Shown: positions 23,888-35,745 of the stretch, piece after piece
How the letters are laid out: each line of letters starts with the position of its first letter
How positions within the stretch are numbered: position 1 is the first letter of the stretch
Source of the DNA: Octopus bimaculoides
Lineage: Eukaryota
Reading direction: 5' to 3'
NCBI RefSeq assembly: GCF_001194135.2
Contig: NC_068981.1
Location: forward strand, 151,839,006-151,889,363
DNA: 50,358 bases
Made by a program: the position numbers and the translations under genes
Notes under the pieces: generated by a model
What the model saw: only the letters and a program-made list of their open reading frames with translations
The model's database searches: none
Told to the model about the DNA's origin: nothing

Positions 23888-24509
23888 TTATATATCTATG
23901 TATGTATGTATGTATTATGACAGGTTTCTTTCACTTTGCATCTACCAATTCCTCTTGGAAGGCTTTGGTCACCTTGTGGGTATAGTAGAACACATTTACC
24001 CAAGGTGCTACAGTCAAACTGAACCTGAACCTATGTAGTTACAAAATGAACTTATTGAGCACATAGCCACACCTTCTCCTATGATTACATAGCCATTCAT
24101 TGAATGCAATATCTATAGAGTACAGATATGTATCCAAATATATATATATATATATATATATACATACATACATACATACATACATACATACATACATACA
24201 TGCATATATGTATGTATAGATGTATGTACAAAACTTACATTCATAAATACCTGTACACCATACACACACATGCATACATTATTATATATAGACATATGTC
24301 ATCTCTATGCTTTTGTGTCATTTCTGTGCTTTGCCTATTTGCATTGTTTGTGCATAAGCATGAATAAGTGTGTGTGTGTGTGTGTGGCTATGTATATGTT
24401 TAGTTGCTTGTCTATGTATATGAGTAGAAAAAAAAATCATCAAAAATATAATTAATTGCATTGAATGTATTTAAAACTGAAAATTAAATATTTAAAAACT
24501 TTTACTTAC

Positions 24510-24812
24510 ACTGAGTGTTTCTAATTAAGGTTGCTGTCATAGTAGGCTCAGTTTCACCAAATTCATTTTCAGCTTTAACACGGAAAGCATAACTTTGTTG
24601 GGGGTGGATATCTTTGACGTGAAATTTATTTTCAGTTAAGTCCGTTATGAGAGGATGCCAAGCTTTTGCCCATTGCTCTTTTACTTCAACTGTGTATTTT
24701 ATCGGAGATAATTTTCCATAAGCTGGAGTTCTAGCACTAAACCATCGAAGTGTCAAAGAATTCTCGGTTACATCCTGAATCAATGGTCGATCCAATGGAA
24801 GACGAGGTGGAA
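24510..24812 (-). CDS. Exon 4 (303 nt, phase 1-1): fibronectin type III domain
   Basis: Acceptor cacttttctcttcag|TT, donor T|gtaagt. (V)PPRLPLDRPLIQDVTENSLTLRW...YTVEVKE...W...SYAFRVKAENEFGETEP. Confidence 0.95.
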
Positions 24813-25807
24813 CTGAAGAGAAAAGTGATTCAATACCTTTTACTTTAAAACATTCAGTTTTTACCAGTACAATTTTTTTATGGTCCCAAGTGATTATTTT
24901 TTAATTTGTGAAATGTGTTCAATATAACAGTAGTGCTTGTATATTTAATTTGATATTCTTTGTGAACATTTGGAAAGGCCAAGTATATTTGGTTTGTTAA
25001 CTCCAATGAAAACTTGTGAGTTTATATACCAGCTATGTGAATCCCTGAGTAGAGAACTTATCCAACAGCAAACCGGTAAGAACTGAGAGACAACTCAATG
25101 GAGGAGCATCCACCAAACTGGAATCTTACATGTATGTAGTGGGCTTACAGTGCTAAGAATACTTTCTCTCATATGAGAATAATGTAGAATATACACATAG
25201 AGTTAGTAAGCTTATTATATGCTAAGAATACTTCCTCTCACATGAGAATTGTATACAATATTCATAGTACACTAAAGTTAAAGGAAGAGAAAACTTAACA
25301 AGAATTAGTTAAGAGTTATTTCACTAGGGAAAAAAAAATCTGAATTGGAATTCTTTCAAACTTTTTGCTGCCAATATTTGTTACAACTGTGCATTCTCAG
25401 AGAAAGAAATAGAAGTACACATACATATATTGTTAGAGTTAGTGTTTTTATGATTAGATTCTCTTGCTTGTATCAACCACCCAACAGTTAATCCACTTAA
25501 CTGTTATCAAAAACTTTTTGGTTACAATGAGGTAGTGACTGTTCTAATACCAATTGTTGCTATTTCAATTTTACCTGCTGAATCTATCAGAAAAAAGCAT
25601 GAGCATCTGAATTCCCATTTTCCTAAAATCCTTAAAAGCTTTCTATTTCAAGAAAATGTTACTGGTATGTAACCAGCCTGAATTGTATACAGTTTTTGCT
25701 GTTGCTTAACCCTGCTGTGACCTGATCAAGTAATAAGAACAAGACGAGACTAAAACAAGTAAATGATGCTTCAACCTTGACATTCCATCTTTTATTTGAC
25801 ACATTAC

Positions 25808-25810
<3 letters not shown>

Positions 25811-25891
<81 letters not shown>
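25811..25891. repeat. (TG)n microsatellite
   Basis: Directly visible. Confidence 0.95.
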
Positions 25892-25893
<2 letters not shown>

Positions 25894-25909
25894 ATGTGTG
25901 CATGTGTAT

Positions 25910-26235
25910 AAAAGGGTAAAGACCCCCTTCAGTCATGGATGTCCATAGGATTGCACCTAGAAAGTTCACCTCAGAGGCACAAATCCAAGCAAGGTTGTTT
26001 ATAGAAGACCAGCAGTTACCCATGAATTCCAGCCTCCCCTCTACATGCCACTGATGTTATCCAAGGGAAAGGCTGATACAGCTTGGCACCAATGACATCG
26101 CACCTCATTTCTGCAGCTGAGCAGACTGGAGCAATGAGAAATAAAATATCTTGCTCAAGAATATAACACACAGCCAGGTCCAGGATTCGAATTCACAACC
26201 TCATGATGTTCAGCCTAATACTCTAACCACTGACC
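25910..26235 (-). mobile_element. tRNA-derived SINE (ttgagcaaga core family)
   Basis: The reverse complement has a tcagtggttagag A-box-like head, a gaattcgaatcc B-box-like motif and a tcttgagcaagatattttatttctcattgctcc core, as in 35420-35745. Confidence 0.65.
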
Positions 26236-27057
26236 CATTACAAGTGAATATGTTTTGAGATTTGGCTGCTATTTCTAACAGGCGGAGTAACAACATAAAG
26301 GCCTCCTTACTGGCCAAAGTTACATCAAGTTAAGCTTGCAGAACAGATAACCTAATCAATAGCTACAGACATTAAAAAATATATCATTAAAAAATTAAGT
26401 GATCATCTGCATAACAAAATATTCTGAGCTGGATGGGATGTGAACTGAAAATAGGGGTAGAGAAAAGGAAAGGGGCTATCATTTTTAGGGATCTTACTAC
26501 CAAAAGAGAGAGCAGTTAGACTCCTAGTTCATTACATATAAGGTTTACAGTTCAAAGCAAAGATATTCATTGTTATATATGTCATGGATATCGAAATAAG
26601 AGTAATAGAATAATGATCTTTTCTACTCTAGTCAATCGATCAGATTGACCCCAGGATGAAAGACAGAATTTGAACTCAGAATGTAAAGACAGACAAAATA
26701 CCGCTAAATATTTCACCTAGAGTGCTAACGTTTCTGCCAGCTCGCCATAATAATGAAGCAAAGTTTGTCACTGAAGTTGACAGACACTTCTCATAAGCAG
26801 ACTTTTTAAATAATTGTCTATAAATGTTTCACTATTCAGTAGTAGAAGAAAACTACTTGACGCCAGAGTAATATTTTGTTAAAACAATGTCATTTTGAAG
26901 AAAAATTCTACCTGGAAAATAAATGCACATATCAATATCACTTTTTAATCTTTTAACCCTTGAAATTCATTTGAAAGATTTTAATATAAGTAACATCAAA
27001 TTATTTATATTATACTTGTTGATTGAAAAATAAGATAAGGAAAATTTTTTTCATTAC

Positions 27058-27141
27058 CTTTTTCACCATCAAAATTTATCCAATCTATCTCTTCTTCACC
27101 ATTATCATTAGTCTCTGGATGATCATAATCCTCAGAGAGCC
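27058..27141 (-). CDS. Exon 3 (84 nt, phase 1-1): short acidic linker
   Basis: Acceptor gttctttgtag|GG, donor G|gtaatg. (G)LSEDYDHPETNDNGEEEIDWINFDGEK is open and in phase. Not in the ORF track. Confidence 0.85.
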
Positions 27142-30100
27142 CTACAAAGAACGTGTAAGAAAAGATGTCACATTTGAACTTAATAATACTGGATCAAAAT
27201 GAAATTCAGGGATAAAGCAAAAATAATGAAATATCTAACAGAAATCATTTCTGTATTAAGTTTCATTGTTTCAACTATTTGAACTCAAGTCCAAGTACAC
27301 TTCACTTCTAATCCTTTGCAGGATCAATTAAAAATAAATACCAAGTATGTGCTTATGCCTGTTAAATTGGTAGTCTTGACCCTTTGGAATTTAAACACAC
27401 CATATTCAGCCTAAATATTCTATCTGTTTTATGTCCAGACTCACCAGATCTGGTTTCACACACACCTACCCTACAATGTTATTCTAAAGATATACAGTCA
27501 TATCATTGAAATCTTGAAGCTTCAAGATAATACATGATTAATTCAAAACAATGTAAGTAATAAGAGTAACATTTGATGAGGAATATGAATGCTAAAGGGT
27601 TAATTCATCTCCTAACGTAACACCTCTGTCTTGTCTTTGCTTACTTGTAGCACAATTCATTCTTTTACTACTAACATTTACACCAGGTCACCATTTTTGG
27701 CCACTTGTTTTCAAAACCAGCCTTGCAGCCTTGGTATAAGGGCATGACAAAAACCCTTTCTCATCTGACTGAACCACAAAAAACAAAAATGCAATATATT
27801 TGACTTAAGATGTAAGAAATTAGCATTGAATCAGAATAACTATATCGTAACTATAAGGCAAGCTTCCTCAATCTTTTAGTCCCAAATGATATTGAGTTAT
27901 AGCTATTATTATTCTGAAACATAGAATATTAAGTTGAAGCTCTTGTCATAATTTAACTTTAGCATACAATTTCATATTGCATTTCTTCCTGAGATACAGC
28001 ACCAATATACTTGATTGATCTTGGAAAAACACTAATCAATTCAAACTCTATCAATGTCACCTGTGATTTTCATGAAATCAGATCAATGAAATATCAAACT
28101 ACTAATCAACCTACATGATTTTTTTTTTTTTGTGTTAGCCCTTGACCAACTATGGTTCTGCTGATCAATAAATTTTGCAGGCATGACTATCTCATCTTAG
28201 TTTCACATTTAATATATTTAGGTGGACATTAACCAATGTGTCCTTCATGTTTAAGACAGTAAGATGTGCTGAGGAAGATTTGGCTGTTATTTATACTACA
28301 ATAGTTTATCACTTAGAGATATCCTCTTGTTCACTGGATGAGAAAAGGGTTAGGCCATCACTAAGTGGGGAACATGTATACTATGTTCTCTATTGCGATA
28401 GTTAGTTTTGTTTCTTATTCCTTGTTACTGCTACTGTTAATTTATTTGCTTTGAAGAACAGTTTTTTAGATGGTTGGTGTAGGTGTGAAATGATATATTG
28501 ACACATCACAGTTGTCAGTAAGCAACTGTAATATGTCAGCATAAGAGGTTGTGTGCATGTTTTATGAAGTTTTGAAAAGGTAGCATAAGAGTTAAAAAAA
28601 AGAGTAACTGTGAGAACAGAAATGCGCCAAAAGGAGAATTGTAATTGTTGTTGTTGGTTAGCTATTGATCTAGTAGACCTATGACAGAAGTGATTTCACT
28701 GTGACTGGTGCCCATCTTTTTAATATATCAAGGACCATGTTGTCCTATGACCTTTTTTTTTTTTTACAACAGGAAGATGTGGTGGGAAAAAGACCAGGCT
28801 GCTATTTCTAGCAAATTAAACAACTGCTAAGAGGCTTCCTGTTGTCGTTGTTGCTGTTTAGGCGCTTATCAGCTCTGATCAAGTAAACTTCCTGCTTTTT
28901 TTTGTTTTTTTAGATAGAATGTATTTAGGATCACAGCATACAGTATGTCCTATTTTAAGATGGTAGGGTGATATTTCTAGCAGGCTGAGAATGAATAAAG
29001 GTTCCCTGTTGTCAACAGAAGTAACAGCTCTGTAAACATAGCTCATAGTTTATTACACTATCATTATCACTCCTCCAGAACCAATTATGTAGTCTAATTA
29101 AAAGACACAAAGTTTTATACTTAATGTGTGAAAAATCTTGTGCAATTTTTTTTTTCCTGTGATTAATTTGTATACATTGAATACTTATTTATGCATTGAA
29201 TACATATGTTTTAAAATAATTTTAACATAGCCTATGTATCATGGTCAATAAAATTACTATGTTGGCAGGAATCAGATTCTCAGAAGATCCATCACCAACA
29301 TCAACAAAAGCCTCATATTTGCACATAAATTTACTTCAAAGGAAGTATATTAAAAATATTTGTAAGCATTCTACTAAAATAATTTCATCAAAAGTATTCT
29401 AGGTTTATAGATATTAAGGAACTTTATCGAAAGAAAGCTTATTGAAAATTTATAAACATTTACTAAGACAAAGATCTCATAAGTTCCAAAAGTTTTTGTT
29501 TGATAAAATTCGTTAAAATATTTTTATATGCTTCCTTTAAAAACTTTTTATGCATGAATAAGAGGTTTATTATTGAGTGAGGCTATTATGAGGTGGCTTT
29601 GTTCCTATTGCAATATGATCCAAGTATGATTGCATTCTATTATTCAAAGCATTTACTTGAGATTATATTCTATACAATGAATTACTCTTTTTAATTTTTT
29701 GATCTATTAAATAAAGAAATCAATGAGTATCATTGTTACATTGTACAATGTCACAATAAATTAATAACAATAACATTCATAAATTCATATATATTATTAA
29801 ATTTGCTAGAGATAATTAAATCAAAACATTTTCAATTACAAAGCTAGTTGCCAAGCTATCTAGATATTTAATGTGTAAATTTTTACATATAGCACAGTTT
29901 ACGAAGGTTTGCAAAATATATCAGACAAAACTTCACAAAATAACATATTTAATTCACTCAATTAATTTTTCTCTCTTCTTTCTTTGATATTTACCCATTT
30001 TTTGTAAACACTGTCAAGATTAATTGAATTCTCATCCAAATAACTCCTGATTCTCATTAACATATCCAAAGAACATTGACCTAAACAGTTTCTCAGCTCG

Positions 30101-31336
30101 CTTCTGAGTTGTTTTTTCAGATTAAAACCACACAGTTTGCCAAGCTGTACTAAATGTATGAAAGATTCTCTATATGTTCATCAACTTTGCAAGCCCACAA
30201 AATGGTTCATTTTTATGTACATAGGAGCAAAGTTTGAAATCAATTTAGATTTAAGTAGTTCTTGCATGGAAAACTTTCAAGTTTTGAAATTATTTAACCG
30301 TTTATCGCAATATTTTCAGCTAGAAAACAATTTTTCTATATATAAGGTATATATACTTGTTCACTGCAAAATGTGAAGTTACAATCTGTGATTAGAGAGA
30401 AATAAAAAGCTGACCACGCTTACAATTCAACTTCTGTAAATCTTTCTTCTAAAGGAATGGAAAAATCATTTATAAAAATCAACAACAAGCTTATCTCTTC
30501 TGTTACCTTTTCTTCATATTGTCAGCTTAGCAAAGTATTAAGTTTGTCACTCAATGAAATATTTTCTCCCAGATACCGTTTTTTTAATTTTATTTATTTT
30601 ATTTCAAGCAGAATAAAGTAAATAAACCACTGACAAGTCACTCTTTTGCCAAATTTTGCACAGTGTAGCCAATTCTTTGATGACATTACTTAAAACACAT
30701 AAAGCTACTTTATATGAGATGCTTACCAATTTAACCAGGTTTTAGTTGACCTATCTTCTTCAAGGTATGTGAACAGGGCTTTAGTGTTTTACTCTTTTAC
30801 TGTTGTTAACAATGCAAAGTGTCCAGAAAGCCATATGATTTCAGTAAATGACTTCTTTTCAATAACCACTGCAATTTTTTTGAATATGCAACTTCTAATA
30901 GTAGGTTTAAAAAAAAACACAGCATAGATACTTCTCATCAATGTATCAATGTTTTTATAATCTTCTTTCTAAGCATCACAAATCCTCAGATATTCATGGT
31001 ATTTCTGAATAAAATGCAAAATGTCTTGTTTTTCAGTCTTGCTTCATCACTCACCCTAACCTGACATAAACTTCACCATTTTATGGAATACAAGTTTCTT
31101 TACTTCAGGAAATTGTTTGATACCAGAAACAATAGAAGCTTCACACAGCTGCAGCTAACCTATTCCTCAAAAAGAAAATGTTTTATATGCAGAAAAATCT
31201 TTAAATTTGAATCTGAAATACAAGATGAGGCATTTTTTAGCAGTCATGTATATACCTTTATCACATCTTAGAGAGTTTTAGGCAATTATTGGTTTAAAGA
31301 CCAGAGGCCAAGTAGGACTTGTGAATATCTGAGGGG

Positions 31337-31773
31337 AATAAATATTACTATATATCTGTTAATGTATTGAACTGAGTTCTCATTTTAATAACTATAAAAC
31401 CACTGTTGATAAGAACTTTGATCCTCTCAGGGTTTTAAAACAAACAAAAAATGAGGAATTATTCGAATCTTGAGAAGACAATCTTTTGGGGCCCCAAAGA
31501 CAGTTATGTTTCACCTTGGAAAATTTCTCTTGGAGACCCTGGCTTTCATGAACTGCTAATGCAAAAAACTGCTATTTTTCAAAAACTGTTATTTCTTCAA
31601 ACATGTCTTGCTGAAAAATACAGCTGATAGACTCCAGAAATGAAAACACAATTTCTGCTTCTCCAGCTGCCTGAAATAAATATTACTATATATCTGTTAA
31701 TGTATTGAACTGAGTTCTCATTTTAATAACTATAAAACCACTGTTGATAAGAACTTTGATCCTCTCAGGGTTT
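31337..31773. repeat. Perfect 99-bp direct repeat (31337-31435 and 31675-31773)
   Basis: aataaatattactatatatctg...gatcctctcagggttt occurs twice, 239 bp apart. Confidence 0.92.
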
Positions 31774-32124
31774 GATCATTTTGAGCCAGCTCATGTACAA
31801 ATATAAGGGTAAGTAGTCAGACTTATAGATATTCATGTATGGGTGTGGATATGTATATTTATGTAGAGTGCCATAAAATATAACCTCTAACCTTGTATTT
31901 ATACAATATATATATAAGGATATATAAATATATATGCATATCCATTCATATGTATATATTTCCCTGAACCAGCTAATGAGTAATTCTAGTAATGCCAACT
32001 CTGTAGCAAAGTTATTCAGCCATTCAAAGGACAAAAATATGAATATATAGTATATCTGTTCATCTATGTATGTATGTATGTATGTATGTATGTATGTATG
32101 TATGTATGTATGTATGTATGTATT

Positions 32125-32269
32125 GATCAAACAGTTTGATTCAAATTCCTTTAGTACCTCAAGTTTCAAGCATGATCCTAGTCTTCAGCAGCTGGAATTC
32201 TAATAGCTGAAGACTAGTATCATCCTTGAAACTTAAGTACTAAAGGAATTTGAATCAAACTGTTTGATC
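32125..32269. repeat. 145-nt near-perfect hairpin (small MITE-like element)
   Basis: The first 33 bp, gatcaaacagtttgattcaaattcctttagtac, pair perfectly with 32237-32269. Inner blocks aagtttcaag/cttgaaactt and tagtcttcagc/gctgaagacta; loop of about 16 nt. Confidence 0.9.
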
Positions 32270-32809
32270 TATACATGCAACTCCCAATAAATGTGTTGAG
32301 TGCCCTTCTTCTGTTTGTCTNNNNNNNNNNNNNNNNNNNNNNNNNNNNNNNNNNNNNNNNNNNNNNNNNNNNNNNNNNNNNNNNNNNNNNNNNNNNNNNN
32401 NNNNNNNNNNNNNNNNNNNNNNNNNNNNNNNNNNNNNNNNNNNNNNNNNNNNNNNNNNNNNATATATATAATAGATGATAAGAAGGTAGATAAAAAAATT
32501 AGAAATGAATTTCAATCCTATGACCTCCATTGTGTTCCATGTCACTCCAAAACTGTAGTTGTTCGTCTGTTAGATTATTCTTGCTGCAATTGTGGCAACA
32601 TGAAATTCTTTCATCCTCTAACTCTGATAAAATATTTAAGAAAAATTATATTAATATATCTTGTTTGTTGAAAATCCATATTTCTTGCAACTGAAGATAA
32701 TACTGTACTTAAATTGATGTAATGCTTGCATTGTTCAATTTAAATAGAGCCACTTGAAATGGTCATATTGCACTAATACTTGACATCTTGTTACTAATTT
32801 TGATTTTAT

Positions 32810-33265
32810 ATTGGCACCTGTGCCAGTGGAGCACTAACAGCACTGTCCGAGCGTGATCAGTTGTCTGGCTTTCGTGCTAGTGGCTCGTAAATAGCACCAT
32901 TTGAGCGTGATCATTACCAGTGTCGCCTTACTGGCACTTGTGCCAGTGGCACATTAGAAAATCATTCGAGCGAGGTCGTTGCCAGTGCCGCTGGACTAGC
33001 TCCTGTACAGGTGGCATGTAAAAAACACCATTTTGAGTGTGGCCATTGCCAGTACTGCGTAACTGGCCCTCGTGCCAGTGGCACGTAAAAGCATCCACTG
33101 CACTCTCGGAGTGGTTGGCATTAGGAAGGGAACATCCAGCTGTAGAAACTTTGCCAGATCAGATTGGAACCTGATGCAGCCATCCGGTTCACCAGTCCTT
33201 GGTTAAATCATCCAACCCATGCTAGCATGGAAAGCGGATGTTAAACGATGATGATGATGATGATA
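32810..33265 (+). mobile_element. SINE with internal ~60-bp subrepeats and (GAT)n tail
   Basis: Repeated gtgccagtggcac/cgagcgtgatc modules, then gagtggttggcattaggaaggg...cccatgctagcatggaaagcggatgttaaacgatgatg. Confidence 0.8.
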
Positions 33266-33468
33266 CATATACGTATTTTAATTGAATCCCTGTAATTGTT
33301 TTGGAACCCTTAAATGGCTGACGATCTTTTGTGATTTCAGTTCTAGTTGAATAAATGCTGATTTCTTTCAGCATTGAACTATGGGTTCCAGGAAGCTGGC
33401 TTTGCATTAAGAAACATTGCTTATTCACTTACCGTTTACTGAGAATTCATTGCTGCAGTTCATTACTA

Positions 33469-33471
<3 letters not shown>

Positions 33472-33553
<82 letters not shown>
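33472..33553. repeat. (GT)n microsatellite about 95 nt into the intron after exon 2
   Basis: Directly visible. Confidence 0.95.
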
Positions 33554-33555
<2 letters not shown>

Positions 33556-33648
33556 CGTGCACTCACACGCACGTGCATGCGTGCATGAACATATGTGTGT
33601 TTGAATTTCGCAAACATTTAAGTAACGAAATTTCAACAGCTGACTTAC

Positions 33649-33963
33649 CATTCGTTGCTGCCCTGTGTAAATTAACAGGTAATGAAGCATCTCCTGCTCC
33701 AAATTCATTATGACATCGTACTCGAAAAGAATAATTCTGGTCTGGCAGGAGCTGAGCAACTTGATTCTTTGTAGTAAGCAAATTGGAAATAATGGTGACC
33801 CATTCTGAAGAAGGAGGCCTTTTCATTTCTATGCTGTAACTAATTGGCTTTGTCATAGCAATTTCTGTAGTTGTTGGCACTGAAGCTGGTTTCCACACTA
33901 ACCATGCAACATCAGAGCCATCATCTATTAACTCAGGTGGATCAATAGGCATTCGAGGAGTAA
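33649..33963 (-). CDS. Exon 2 (315 nt, phase 1-1): fibronectin type III domain
   Basis: Acceptor cctatattgcag|TT, donor G|gtaagt. (V)TPRMPIDPPELIDDGSDVAWLVWKPA...YSIEMKR...W...LLPDQNYSFRVRCHNEFGAGDAS. Confidence 0.95.
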
Positions 33964-34354
33964 CTGCAATATAGGTTGAACCAAACCGAAATTAAATCAC
34001 ATTATATTGACATTTATTCAACACATAAATATCAAATATTAATGGAGATATATTGATGCAATTCACATAATATACTGGCATAAAAATGTTGTGAAGAGAA
34101 GTAAATATACAAATACAAGAAAAAAAAGCTAAACATTATTCAAGTCTTGCTTCTCTCTAAGGTGCCTTATAACGAGGTTAGTCTTGTTAATTTTAGGTTT
34201 AACTTATTTTCTGCAGATTATCTCATATCACATTGTTAATTATAGATTTCCAAAGGATTTTTTTTGCATTTTCTTACACTATTTACAGTCAAAATACATA
34301 TGTGCATTTACTTTCACACACACACACACACACACATACTCGCAAGTGTGCATT

Positions 34355-34398
<44 letters not shown>

Positions 34399-34399
<1 letters not shown>

Positions 34400-34588
34400 T
34401 TTATTTAAAAGCAGCAGAAATATAACAAAAAAACCGTTACTCTGAGTTTCACGTTCCCGTTCATCGGACAGTTTTGTTAGAAGGGAACGTGAAACTCAGA
34501 GTAACGGTTTTTTTGTTATATTACTCTACCTCTGGTATTTGAGTACTCTTTTTTCCACCTTGTTGCACATTTCATGTGCTTACTCCGG
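34399..34588. mobile_element. Penelope-like pseudo-LTR remnant arranged as an inverted partial duplication, inside a (TA)n tract
   Basis: Perfect 40-bp inverted repeat 34419-34458/34483-34522, hammerhead-like core on the minus arm, (TA)n on both flanks. The Penelope assignment is inferred from this architecture. Confidence 0.55.
34424..34478 (-). ncRNA. Candidate minimal type I hammerhead ribozyme (CCGAUGA core variant)
   Basis: Minus strand: AAAACUGU-CCGAUGA-ACG[GGAA]CGU-GAA-ACU[CAG]AGU-A|-ACGGUUUU. Stems I, II and III all pair; GUA cleavage triplet; the only core deviation is U4C. Confidence 0.6.
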
Positions 34589-34924
34589 TATATATATATA
34601 TATATACATATAACTACATAACTATAGACACACGTACATACACATACATATATCTACACATATATAAACATGTTTGTGTGTGTATGTATGTATGTATGTA
34701 TGTATGTATGTATGTGTGTATATATATATGAATAATAACAATAAATGGAGCAAAACGCTATGGTTACTATTAACATATTTACATTGTCAAAGGTTTTTTT
34801 AAAACTGAGATAATATTAATATATACATAAACTAATATATATATATATATATATATATATTAGACTACATGCCTATATACAGATACATACACACTCTATA
34901 TATCAATGTATATACAAATGTGTA

Positions 34925-34956
<32 letters not shown>

Positions 34957-34970
34957 TGTGTGTGTGTGTA

Positions 34971-35016
<46 letters not shown>

Positions 35017-35419
35017 CGTGTGCATGTACAGTGTGTGTGCATGTACAGTGTGTGTGCATGTACAGTAAGCTTCTGCACAGTGTCTGTCTACCAAATTCCT
35101 ATCACAAAGTATTAGTCAACTCAAGTCTATGACAGAAGCTTTTCAGTAGGATTAAACCCAGAAATAATCCTTGCAAACCAAACTTCTAGTGAACCATGCG
35201 TTCTTAACACCCATACCTTCATTTTCACAGAATATTATTGGTAAAGTTGCTAGAATATTATAAGTTCTTGAAAAAATATAAATATATGTAAGAATAGAAC
35301 TCGACATCACAAATCATATACAGGTTCTAGAAAATTACTCATCAGCATTGTATTAACTGTTTCACTATATTTTTTATTTTGAGTTTTTTATATTTTATAT
35401 TTTTTTGTGTGTGAAGGAG

Positions 35420-35745
35420 CATAGCTTATTGGTTAGAGTATTCAGCTCACAATTGTACGGTCATGAGTTCGATTCCCAGCGGCACGTTGTGTTCTTGAGC
35501 AAGACTCTTTATTTCACATTGCTCCTATCCACTCAGCTGGCAAAAATGAGTAGCACCTGTATTTCAAGGGGCCAGCCTTGTCACACTCTGCATCACATTG
35601 AACCTCCCTGAGAAGTATGTGAAGAGGTACGCAAGTCTGAAAAGTGCTCAGCCACTTACATGTTAATCCCACTAGCAAGCTGTTCTGTTGATCGGATCAA
35701 CTGGAACCTTCGTCATCTTAAGCGATGGAGTGCCAGTGTATTTTG
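35420..35745 (+). mobile_element. tRNA-derived SINE
   Basis: tagcttattggttagag (A-box-like), gagttcgattcc (B box), gtgttcttgagcaagactctttatttcacattgctcc core. Confidence 0.75.

Noticed and set aside
29255-29335. Coding-looking stretch on the minus strand (KFMCKYEAFVDVGDGSSENLIPANI)
   Set aside because: The available splice sites give phase 2-0, incompatible with the phase 1 neighbours.
35420-35500. tRNA genes at SINE heads (also 44062-46500 and 49300-49385)
   Set aside because: A/B-box-like motifs are present, but no complete cloverleaf can be drawn and each runs into a SINE body.
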